Position numbers and translations under genes: made by a program. From an uncultured Arcobacter sp. (GTDB lineage Bacteria > Campylobacterota > Campylobacteria > Campylobacterales > Arcobacteraceae): 32,225 bases of DNA. The notes under the pieces were generated by a model, which had not been told where the DNA came from, ran no database searches, and worked only from the letters and a program-made list of their open reading frames with translations. The DNA is taken from contig CAJXII010000001.1 of assembly GCA_913054415.1 (NCBI GenBank), forward strand, positions 1 to 32,225, given 5' to 3'. Shown here in pieces: positions 18,214 to 25,831 of this stretch (the first letter of the stretch is position 1; every line of letters starts with the position of its first letter).

Positions 18214-18219
18214 ATTATA
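18214..18219 (-). promoter_or_regulatory. -10 hexamer (TATAAT) for ndk
   Basis: The minus strand reads GATATAATGTG about 33 nt upstream of ATG 18181, just downstream of the fdx terminator. RBS GAAGGA. Confidence 0.35.
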
Positions 18220-18222
18220 TCT

Positions 18223-18261
18223 AAAAAATAAAAAAAAGGCAAGAGAAATTAATCTCTTGCC
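18223..18261 (-). terminator. rho-independent terminator after the ferredoxin gene
   Basis: GGCAAGAGA (18238-18246) pairs with TCTCTTGCC (18253-18261): perfect 9-bp stem, 6-nt loop. On the minus strand it is followed by T7-A-T6. Confidence 0.7.
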
Positions 18262-18289
18262 TTTTGAAAAATCAATTTTTTAATAAAAA

Positions 18290-18547
18290 TTAATCTTCTA
18301 CTACAGGTTGTCCATCAACTGCACCATCAGTTGTAGGGTTATCCCATACAATACAACCTTCAGTTGGACATGCTTCAGCACAAGCTGGACTATCATTACT
18401 ACCAATACACTCAGAACATGTTTCAGCATTTACATAATAGATATCTTCCCCAGTTGGGTTCTCATCATTATCAACAATTGACTCAGTAGGACACTCATCT
18501 AAACAAGCATCACACGAAATACAAATATCAGTAATTTTTACTGCCAT
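18290..18547 (-). CDS. 2[4Fe-4S] ferredoxin (Alvin-type spacing)
   Basis: 85 aa. CISCDACLDECP plus CSECIGSNDSPACAEACP (C-x2-C-x8-C-x3-CP). Strong RBS TAGGAG. Confidence 0.9.
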   Translation of the reverse strand: MAVKITDICISCDACLDECPTESIVDNDENPTGEDIYYVNAETCSECIGSNDSPACAEACPTEGCIVWDNPTTDGAVDGQPVVED

Positions 18548-18618
18548 ATTAATCTCCTAATTTTAAGTTGATTAACTTTATCATATAAAAAATTAAATTT
18601 TACTTTAATTTGAATAAA

Positions 18619-19020
18619 TTATTGACAATTTTTACAAATTCCTGATAAAACTAGATCACTTTTATCGATTTTAAATTGATTTTTATTCGATATATCATCT
18701 ATGATATTATTTATATCTACATCTATATCTATAATATTATGACATTTGTTACACAATAGATGAGAGTGATTATGTTTGATTGTCTCATATACAGATTTCT
18801 GATTTGGTAATTTTACCTCTAAAAGTAGTTTCTCTTTTATCATTGCATTTATATTTTTATATATAGTAGCTAATGATATAGATTGATACTTATGTTTTAT
18901 ATTCTCATATAGTGTATCTATATTAATATGACCAAATGACTCTATCAAAGTCAATATCTCTATCCTTTGCGGTGTTGCTTTTAAATTGTGTGTTCTTAAT
19001 ATATTTGTATAATTATTCAT
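18619..19020 (-). CDS. perR: Fur-family transcriptional regulator, probably peroxide-responsive (PerR-like)
   Basis: 133 aa. HNLKATPQRIEIL wHTH, HNHSHLLCNKCHN and a C-terminal CKNCQ zinc site. The PerR assignment rests only on size and its divergent position from ahpC. Confidence 0.75.
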   Translation of the reverse strand: MNNYTNILRTHNLKATPQRIEILTLIESFGHINIDTLYENIKHKYQSISLATIYKNINAMIKEKLLLEVKLPNQKSVYETIKHNHSHLLCNKCHNIIDIDVDINNIIDDISNKNQFKIDKSDLVLSGICKNCQ

Positions 19021-19049
19021 AGTGCAATTATATAGAATATTATCTATTT

Positions 19050-19066
19050 GAATAATAATAATTATC
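19050..19066. promoter_or_regulatory. candidate Fur/PerR box in the perR-ahpC divergent intergenic region
   Basis: GAATAATAATAATTATC. The 3' 12 nt (ATAATAATTATC) match the classical Fur-box half ATAATCATTATC at 11/12. In DNA this AT-rich the match has low specificity. Confidence 0.3.
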
Positions 19067-19107
19067 TTCTAGTATTATTTATTAATAAATATTTAATTTT
19101 ATTGCTA

Positions 19108-19113
19108 TATAAT
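19108..19113 (+). promoter_or_regulatory. -10 hexamer (TATAAT) for ahpC
   Basis: TATAAT lies 33 nt upstream of ATG 19147. RBS AAAAAGGA. Confidence 0.35.
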
Positions 19114-19146
19114 TCCATCACAAAAACAAAATAAAAAGGATTAACA

Positions 19147-19743
19147 ATGTTAGTAACAAAAAAAGCTCCAGAATTTACAGCAACAGCTGTATTAGCAGAT
19201 GGTTCAATAGTAGATGATTTTAAATTGATGGATAATTTAGGTGAAAAAGGTGCGGTTTTATTTTTCTACCCACTAGATTTTACTTTTGTATGTCCATCTG
19301 AGATAATTGCTTTCTCTCATAGAATAGAAGAGTTCAAAAGTAGAGGTATCAATGTAATTGGTGTATCAGTAGATAGTCAATTTTCACATTTTGCATGGAG
19401 AGAAACTCCAATCAATGAAGGTGGTATCGGTAGAGTTACTTTCCCATTAGTTGCAGATTTAACAAAACAAATCTCTAAAGATTACGATGTTCTTTTAGAT
19501 GGTGGAGTAGCACTTAGAGGAAGTTTTTTAATAGATGCTGATGGAACAATTAGACATGCAGTAATCAATGATCTACCACTTGGAAGAAATATTGATGAGA
19601 TGATAAGAATGGTAGATACTATGATATTTACAAACGAACATGGTGAAGTTTGTCCAGCAGGTTGGCAAAAAGGTGATGAAGGTATGAAACCTACAACAGA
19701 TGGTGTAGCTAACTATTTAGCTGATCACGAAGCTGAACTATAA
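19147..19743 (+). CDS. ahpC: peroxiredoxin, typical 2-Cys (AhpC/TsaA)
   Basis: 198 aa. FFYPLDFTFVCPSEI (peroxidatic Cys) and GEVCPAGW (resolving Cys). Confidence 0.95.
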   Translation: MLVTKKAPEFTATAVLADGSIVDDFKLMDNLGEKGAVLFFYPLDFTFVCPSEIIAFSHRIEEFKSRGINVIGVSVDSQFSHFAWRETPINEGGIGRVTFPLVADLTKQISKDYDVLLDGGVALRGSFLIDADGTIRHAVINDLPLGRNIDEMIRMVDTMIFTNEHGEVCPAGWQKGDEGMKPTTDGVANYLADHEAEL

Positions 19744-19754
19744 TATATAGAACA

Positions 19755-20588
19755 TTAAGAGAAAACTTTTAAAGTTTTCTCCATAAGTTCTATATGATAA
19801 TTTTCTTGATAATTAATAAAATCAAAAAATTTAGATAACTCTTCGTCATCAATAGCTTCAGCTAATTTTTTACACTCCTCTTTCGCAGCTTTTTCCTCAT
19901 CTATACCATCGATTAAAAACTGTTTAATATCAATTCTTTGATACAACTCTTTAAATAAACTTCTAGGAATAGATAACAATCCCATTTTAGCCAACATATT
20001 ACCAAATGATTTAAGATGAAATTGTGATTCATCTACCAAATCCTGATAAACATTGTATTGAATTATATCATCTGTATAGTTTTGCATATAAGCATATATT
20101 AAAATTAGTTCATACTCTTTATATGTCTCTTCAAATAAAAATATAGTCAAAGCATCAGTTGAGAGTTTGTCTAATTTTTTACCTTCATAAACTCTTTGTT
20201 TATTAAAAGCATCTATACTGTAATCATTTGATTTATCTTGAAGCCAAGATTCTAAAACACTTATAAAATAATACTCATCACTTAATATCCTTGCATATAG
20301 TGGATCTTGTGGATCATAATATTTCATAACTTGTTTGATTTGATTTATAATATAGTGAAAATAATCAAATGAGCTATTTTGTTGAATATCTATAGAATCA
20401 TCTTTGTTGTAATTATATTCTATATTTTCATCTTTTAATTTATTTGACAACCATTTCATATGTCTAAATTCGATATTTGCCATATCGTAAATATAAGACT
20501 TATGTTTCTCCTCTTTTAGAGCAAATGAACTAAAAAGTATTTTTAACCATAATTCATGTTTAAGTTGATATATTTGATCTAAACTCAT
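19755..20588 (-). CDS. hypothetical protein, all-helical, possible ferritin-like (diiron-carboxylate) fold
   Basis: 277 aa with an ATGA overlap with purM. ExxH motifs at E40/H43 (IEFRH) and E262/H265 (ENYH), plus acidic helices. CDS is confident; function is speculative. Confidence 0.8.
   Translation of the reverse strand: MSLDQIYQLKHELWLKILFSSFALKEEKHKSYIYDMANIEFRHMKWLSNKLKDENIEYNYNKDDSIDIQQNSSFDYFHYIINQIKQVMKYYDPQDPLYARILSDEYYFISVLESWLQDKSNDYSIDAFNKQRVYEGKKLDKLSTDALTIFLFEETYKEYELILIYAYMQNYTDDIIQYNVYQDLVDESQFHLKSFGNMLAKMGLLSIPRSLFKELYQRIDIKQFLIDGIDEEKAAKEECKKLAEAIDDEELSKFFDFINYQENYHIELMEKTLKVFS
19759..19781. terminator. inverted repeat at the convergent ahpC / 277-aa ORF junction
   Basis: GAGAAAACTT-TTA-AAGTTTTCTC (10-bp arms). 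It lies 16 nt after the ahpC stop and inside the last 8 codons of the minus-strand ORF. No clean T-run on the plus strand. Confidence 0.4.
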
Positions 20589-21580
20589 AATAAATCACAC
20601 CCTTTAGCTCCAGATTTAATCTCACCTATAATATATCCATCAGTTTTGTTTAATACCTCATCTACTTGTGAAGGATCTACTACAAATATCATACCTACAC
20701 CCATATTAAAAGCTCTAAACATCTCTGATTCTTCTACATATTTTCCCATAAGTTCAAATATAGGCAATACTTTTACTTTATCTTTATAAACTACTGCTTT
20801 TAGATTATCAGGTAATACTCTTGGAAGATTTTCAACTATTCCTCCACCTGTTATATGAGCTAGTGCATTGATATTTTCTTTACAATCTTTAAACTCTTTT
20901 ACATATATTCTCGTAGGCTCTAAAAGTGTATCTATTAGTGGCTTACCATTAAAATCATCTTCAAATTTCATACCTAATTTTTCAAATAAAAGCTTTCGCA
21001 CCAAACTAAAACCGTTTGAGTGGATACCACTGCTAGGAAGTGCTATAAGAACATCGCCCTCTTTTACTTTTGATACCCTATCCATTTGTGATTTTTCAGC
21101 AATCCCTACACAAAAACCAGCAAGATCAAAATCACCTGACTTATACATACCTGGCATCTCAGCAGTTTCACCACCTATTAATGCACATTGACTTCTTATA
21201 CAACCTTGTGCTATACCTTGGACAACAGCACTAGCTTCATCAACTTCAAGTTTAGCTGTAGCATAATAATCTAAGAAAAACAAAGGCTCTCCAAAATTAC
21301 ATATAAGATCATTTGAACACATAGCTACAAGATCGATACCTACTGTATCAAATTTTTTAGAATCGATTGCTAATTTTAGTTTTGTTCCAACACCATCAGT
21401 TCCTGCAAGTATCACAGGCTCTTGGTAACCACTTGGTAATTCAAATGCACCAGCAAATGATCCAATACCACCTAATACTCCATCAATTTTTGTAGATTTC
21501 ACAAATGGTTTTATATTTTCTACAAAACTATTTCCAGCATCTATATCTACTCCAGCATCTTTATATGAAATTGAGCTCAC
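20585..21580 (-). CDS. purM: phosphoribosylformylglycinamidine cyclo-ligase (AIR synthetase)
   Basis: 331 aa with a GTG start. YKDAGVDIDAGN, GTDGVGTK. Confidence 0.96.
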   Translation of the reverse strand: MSSISYKDAGVDIDAGNSFVENIKPFVKSTKIDGVLGGIGSFAGAFELPSGYQEPVILAGTDGVGTKLKLAIDSKKFDTVGIDLVAMCSNDLICNFGEPLFFLDYYATAKLEVDEASAVVQGIAQGCIRSQCALIGGETAEMPGMYKSGDFDLAGFCVGIAEKSQMDRVSKVKEGDVLIALPSSGIHSNGFSLVRKLLFEKLGMKFEDDFNGKPLIDTLLEPTRIYVKEFKDCKENINALAHITGGGIVENLPRVLPDNLKAVVYKDKVKVLPIFELMGKYVEESEMFRAFNMGVGMIFVVDPSQVDEVLNKTDGYIIGEIKSGAKGCDLL

Positions 21581-21593
21581 TATTTTTCCTTTA

Positions 21594-21794
21594 TTATATT
21601 GTGCATTTTTTAGTAATTATACATAATGGGCAAAATCCTGTAATCCCAGCAGTAAAAGGGATAACTCCTAATGCAAACCATAAATTATAAAATTGATCTT
21701 CTGCCTTGAAATAAAACCCTAAAGCTACAAGAACTACACCAAGAACTATTCTAAATTTACCACAAAATATTTTTATTTTATCAAATGTATTCAT
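21594..21794 (-). CDS. DUF2892 (YgaP-like) small membrane protein
   Basis: 66 aa with two TM helices. R-x-x-x-G...W...G...TGFCPLC pattern typical of DUF2892. 13 nt upstream of purM. Confidence 0.7.
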   Translation of the reverse strand: MNTFDKIKIFCGKFRIVLGVVLVALGFYFKAEDQFYNLWFALGVIPFTAGITGFCPLCIITKKCTI

Positions 21795-21879
21795 CTTTAC
21801 CTCATCTATTTTTTTATGTATATTTAAAAAATATTCGCTATTATATCTAATTAAAAATTAAAAAATTAAAAGGTTAGAT

Positions 21880-22434
21880 ATGCAAGATGCAAATTATAGA
21901 AAAAAATTTGGATTAGATGAGATGATGATACATATACCTATGTGTTCACATAAAGATATTAAAAAAGTTTTAATCGTAGGTAAAGTATCAGATGATTTTA
22001 AAAATGAGATAGCAAAACATGAATGTAAAGATATAACATATAAAGAAAATATTCAAGATTGTGATGAACAATTTGATATTATTATATATACAAAATCAAC
22101 TCCCAGTCAACTAGAAATGGCAAATATAAATAGATCACTAGAGCCTACAAAAGGGATATTAGTAGCTCCTAGTGTATTTGTATATAAAAATATAGAGCAA
22201 GTAAAAAAAGATATTTTAACTATAGGAAAAGATTTTTGGATATGTATGCCATATAGTTTTGGACATAATACTTTAATTTTTGCTTCTAAAAAATACCATC
22301 CTCAAGCTGAGATTGTTTTACAAGTTTCTGATCTTCTTGAGGATTGCCAATATTATAATACTGAACTACACAATGCAGTATTTATCCACCCAACATATAT
22401 CACAAAAGAGCTAACTACTATAGCAAAAAGATAA
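21880..22434 (+). CDS. spermidine-synthase-like protein (catalytic-domain-only, Helicobacter-type)
   Basis: 184 aa. KKVLIVGKVSDDF stands in place of the GGGDGG motif. The C-terminal QYYNTELHNAVFIHPTYI resembles the SpeE YYN.E.H.AAF.LP motif. The N-terminal beta-domain is absent. Confidence 0.65.
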   Translation: MQDANYRKKFGLDEMMIHIPMCSHKDIKKVLIVGKVSDDFKNEIAKHECKDITYKENIQDCDEQFDIIIYTKSTPSQLEMANINRSLEPTKGILVAPSVFVYKNIEQVKKDILTIGKDFWICMPYSFGHNTLIFASKKYHPQAEIVLQVSDLLEDCQYYNTELHNAVFIHPTYITKELTTIAKR

Positions 22435-22439
22435 TTTTA

Positions 22440-22477
22440 GTATCATAATCAATTTAAATTTATTTTGATTATGATAC
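22440..22477. repeat. perfect 13-bp inverted repeat (possible terminator/operator) between the speE-like gene and tRNA-Val
   Basis: GTATCATAATCAA (22440-22452), 12-nt loop, TTGATTATGATAC (22465-22477). No T-run follows. Confidence 0.55.
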
Positions 22478-22497
22478 AATTCAAATCTTTAATTTAA

Positions 22498-22572
22498 GAT
22501 CTCGTAACTCAGTGGTAGAGTGCCACCTTGACATGGTGGTGGTCGGCAGTTCAAGTCTGCCCGAGATCACCA
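22498..22572 (+). tRNA. tRNA-Val (anticodon GAC), CCA encoded
   Basis: Hand-folded cloverleaf. Acceptor GATCTCG/CGAGATC, U8, D arm ACTC-AGTGGTA-GAGT, anticodon arm CCACC-TTGACAT-GGTGG, T arm GGCAG-TTCAAGT-CTGCC, then A-CCA. Confidence 0.9.
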
Positions 22573-22573
22573 T

Positions 22574-22649
22574 CTCCCTATCGCTCAACAGGATAGAGCA
22601 ATAGCCTCCTAAGCTGTAGATTCAGGTTCGAGTCCTGATGGGGAGACCA
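22574..22649 (+). tRNA. tRNA-Arg (anticodon CCT), CCA encoded
   Basis: Hand-folded cloverleaf. Acceptor CTCCCTA/TGGGGAG (one G-U), U8, D arm GCTC-AACAGGATA-GAGC, anticodon arm ATAGC-CTCCTAA-GCTGT, T arm TCAGG-TTCGAGT-CCTGA, then A-CCA. Total 76 nt. Confidence 0.87.
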
Positions 22650-23537
22650 CTATTTTAAAAGATCCTCCAAACTTTTTAATACATTTTTCCCTTCAAGTAT
22701 ATATTTAACCTCATTTGCTATTGGTGTATATATATTGTTTTGCAAAGCAAGTTTATATATAGCTTGACTTGTGGCTACCCCTTCTGCTACTTCTCCTAAC
22801 TCTTCTAAGATCATATCTAATGTTTTGTGTTTAGCCAAACCAAGCCCTACTCTAAAATTACGACTTAGAGGACTTGAAGCAGTCAAAAATAGATCCCCTG
22901 CCCCACTTAATCCTAAAAATGTTTCGTCATCAGCTTTATAGTATTGCCCAAATCTTCTCATCTCAACCAAACCTCTTGAGATTAAACTAGCTCTAGCATT
23001 ATTTCCCAACTCTAACCCTTCACATATTCCACTTGCTATTGCTAAGACATTTTTATAAGCACCAGCTATCTCCGCTCCAATCACATCACTACTATAATAT
23101 GTTTTGATAAAATCAGGGAAAAAAGAGCTAAATTGATCATAAAATATTTGACTACTTGAGTTAATAACCAAAGCAGTAGGTAAACCTTTTATCACTTCAG
23201 CTGCAAATGATGGCCCAGAGATAAATCCTAGGTTTTCTTTTGGAACAAACTGCTCATAAATCTCTTGTAAAAACTCTCCACTATTTGCATCTATCCCTTT
23301 TGATGCTACTAATATTTTTTGATTATTATAAATAAAATTCTCTTTTAGCCATTGTTTAATACTTTGTGCTGGTATTGCTATTACTAAATATTTTGATTCT
23401 AAAGCTTTATCTAACGATACAAAATTATCTATTTGTTTAACTGTTCTATTTGTTATTGAACATTGTTGTTTATTATTAAGAGCATAGTGGAGTGCTTGAC
23501 CCCATTTGCCTGCTCCTATTACAGATATATTTGACAT
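22650..23537 (-). CDS. gpsA: NAD(P)H-dependent glycerol-3-phosphate dehydrogenase
   Basis: ISVIGAGKWGQAL Rossmann motif, GPSFAAEV, NVLAIASG. Start placed at ATG 23537 (AAGGA 6 nt upstream) rather than track start 23585, which overlaps the Fe-S subunit gene. Confidence 0.93.
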   Translation of the reverse strand: MSNISVIGAGKWGQALHYALNNKQQCSITNRTVKQIDNFVSLDKALESKYLVIAIPAQSIKQWLKENFIYNNQKILVASKGIDANSGEFLQEIYEQFVPKENLGFISGPSFAAEVIKGLPTALVINSSSQIFYDQFSSFFPDFIKTYYSSDVIGAEIAGAYKNVLAIASGICEGLELGNNARASLISRGLVEMRRFGQYYKADDETFLGLSGAGDLFLTASSPLSRNFRVGLGLAKHKTLDMILEELGEVAEGVATSQAIYKLALQNNIYTPIANEVKYILEGKNVLKSLEDLLK

Positions 23538-23559
23538 ATTTATCCTTTTTGTTATATCC

Positions 23560-24255
23560 CTAAAATTGATTTGGATTAAATCCAAAATCTAAACCACCGC
23601 CAAAATCAGTTATCAAATTTGGATTTGAGTAACCATATTGAACACTCTTATTTCGTAGTTGCATAATAGCACCTTTTATATCTATTTGCTCTGGACATAC
23701 CATATTACAATTACCACATAATGTGCAACTAAAAACTCCATTTTTTTGTATATTATCTATTATAGTTTTTGGTTGTTCTAGTTTTTTATCCTCTATATAT
23801 CTATAAGCACGAGTTAATGCAAAAGGTCCTATAAAATCACTATTGACACTATACACAGGGCAAGAACTATAACAACTACTACACAAAATACAACTACTTA
23901 CTTTATCTATTTTCTCTTCATCAGCTTTAGTTATATTATCATTATTGATATTGCCAATATTATTTTGAGCTTTATTTAGTAAATTTCCAATATGGTTATT
24001 AGTGGTTACCAGACTTGTTATAACTGGTAAATTTCTCAAAGGCTCTACTATATCATCATTTGATACTTTTGTGATACAAGCTAATCTTTCTGTGCCATTA
24101 ACAACTACTGCACAACTACCACATACACCGCTTCTACAACCACTTTTAAAAGTTAAGCTATTATCTTGATATTTTTTTATATCTATTAGTGCCTCTAATA
24201 GTGTATCTACTTTTTTTTCAAGAGTATATTGTTTATTAGCAATAGTTAATCTCAT
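23560..24255 (-). CDS. succinate dehydrogenase/fumarate reductase-type iron-sulfur subunit
   Basis: 231 aa. SGCRSGVCGSC...LAC ([2Fe-2S]), CILCSSCYSSCP ([4Fe-4S]) and CTLCGNCNMVCP (four Cys). ATGA overlap with the flavoprotein gene. Confidence 0.88.
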   Translation of the reverse strand: MRLTIANKQYTLEKKVDTLLEALIDIKKYQDNSLTFKSGCRSGVCGSCAVVVNGTERLACITKVSNDDIVEPLRNLPVITSLVTTNNHIGNLLNKAQNNIGNINNDNITKADEEKIDKVSSCILCSSCYSSCPVYSVNSDFIGPFALTRAYRYIEDKKLEQPKTIIDNIQKNGVFSCTLCGNCNMVCPEQIDIKGAIMQLRNKSVQYGYSNPNLITDFGGGLDFGFNPNQF

Positions 24256-25829
24256 ATATTACCCTTATATTCTAATATAGTTTCTTTTTCATATTCTTGA
24301 TTTTCATCTGGAAAATCTAATCGATAGTGGCTACCCCTACTCTCTTCTCTTTGCAATGCACTTTTTACAATAAGACTAGCTAGATTTACTATATCACAAA
24401 ACTCAAGGAACTCTTTTAGATTTGTATTATAAATCTTATTTTTATTGCCTATTCCCATTTGTGGTATTTTCTTTTCAATATTTACAATTTGCTTCAAAGC
24501 TTTTTGCAAACTTTCTTGATCTCTATATATACCACATAGATCATACATAATATCACCAAGCAAATCTTTATATTCATAAAAATTTATCTTATTTTCATAC
24601 TCAAAAATCCGATCTATTAAATTTTGATTTTCTAATAATTGCTTATACTCTTTTTGCTCTAAATCTTTATTTTCAACTACTATATTATTAGCAATATTTT
24701 TACCAAAAACTACAATCTCCAATAAAGAGTTTCCACCTAATCGATTTGCTCCATGAACTCCACTATTTGCACACTCCCCTATAGCATATAGATTTTTTAT
24801 ATTTGTAGAAGAGTCTATATCAGCTTTAATACCACCCATACTATAGTGTGCAGATGGTTTTATCTCTATAATATCTTTATGCAGATCTTTATTGGTAAAA
24901 ATTTTAATCAACTTGCACTCTTGAGGCATTGTTTGTTCAATCTTTTCTTTAGGTATATGTCTTAGGTCAAGATATATTTTATGCCCATCTTTTCGTTTTT
25001 TAAAAATCTCTCTTGCTACAATATCTCTAGTTTGCAACTCATCTACAAAACGATTACCGTTTTCATCAATTAGATATCCACCCTCACCTCTTGCACTTTC
25101 ACTAATAAGTATAGAGTTTTTTGCTAAAGATGTTGGATGAAATTGTATAAATTCAAGATTTGATAATTTTACACCATTTTTATAGGCTTTATATATTATA
25201 TCCCCTGTTGTATCTGTAGAATTTGTGCTATGGTTATGATATATTCCACCATATCCACCACTTGCTAAGATAACTTTTTTAGCTAATATTTGTATAACTT
25301 GAGTTGTTTTGATATCAAGTGCTACTACTCCATATATTGTTTGATCCTCTACAATTAGATCCAAAACCATATAACTATCTAAAAACTTTACACCATATTG
25401 TAAAGCTCTATCATACAAAGTATGTAAAATTTTCAATCCTGTATAATCACTACTATAACAAGCTCTAGCAAAAGATGCTGCTCCTAATTTTCTTTGAGCA
25501 ATATTGCCTTTTTCATCTCTTGAAAATGGCACTGCTAATCTATCAAGCCACATTATTGTATCTTGTGCATTTTGACACATAAATTTTATAGCTTGAATAT
25601 TAGCTACTTTATGTGCTGATTGTATTGTATTTTCTATATGATCATCTACTGAATCTTCACTATTTAAAACAGCATTTATCCCACCTTGAGCTTGTGCTGT
25701 TTGAGCAGATGTTGGATCAGATTTTGATAAAACTAAAATATCTAAGTTTTGATCTTGCTCTTTTATACTTATGGCACTACTAAGTCCAGCACCGCCACTT
25801 CCTATGATTAAAATATCAGTTGTTATCAT
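24252..25829 (-). CDS. SdhA/FrdA/NadB-family FAD flavoprotein (fumarate reductase or L-aspartate oxidase-like)
   Basis: ILIIGSGGAG dinucleotide fold, AQGGINAV, LEFIQFHPTS, ARGEGGYL, AHYSMGGI, GANRLGGNSLLE, ESRGSHYRLDFP. Start placed at ATG 25829 rather than TTG 25841. Confidence 0.88.
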   Translation of the reverse strand: MITTDILIIGSGGAGLSSAISIKEQDQNLDILVLSKSDPTSAQTAQAQGGINAVLNSEDSVDDHIENTIQSAHKVANIQAIKFMCQNAQDTIMWLDRLAVPFSRDEKGNIAQRKLGAASFARACYSSDYTGLKILHTLYDRALQYGVKFLDSYMVLDLIVEDQTIYGVVALDIKTTQVIQILAKKVILASGGYGGIYHNHSTNSTDTTGDIIYKAYKNGVKLSNLEFIQFHPTSLAKNSILISESARGEGGYLIDENGNRFVDELQTRDIVAREIFKKRKDGHKIYLDLRHIPKEKIEQTMPQECKLIKIFTNKDLHKDIIEIKPSAHYSMGGIKADIDSSTNIKNLYAIGECANSGVHGANRLGGNSLLEIVVFGKNIANNIVVENKDLEQKEYKQLLENQNLIDRIFEYENKINFYEYKDLLGDIMYDLCGIYRDQESLQKALKQIVNIEKKIPQMGIGNKNKIYNTNLKEFLEFCDIVNLASLIVKSALQREESRGSHYRLDFPDENQEYEKETILEYKGNI

Positions 25830-25831
25830 AT

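Noticed and set aside
23538-23585. Longer gpsA N-terminus overlapping the Fe-S subunit gene, and the TTG 25841 start of the flavoprotein
   Set aside because: The internal ATGs (23537 and 25829) have better RBS context and give canonical Rossmann N-termini. They also remove the unlikely 26-nt and 10-nt overlaps.
23570-23586. Perfect 7-bp inverted repeat TTTGGAT-TAA-ATCCAAA at the 3' end of the Fe-S subunit gene, just upstream of the gpsA RBS
   Set aside because: The stem is a weak all-A/T/G-poor helix with a 3-nt loop inside coding sequence (FGFNPN). It is not distinguishable from chance.
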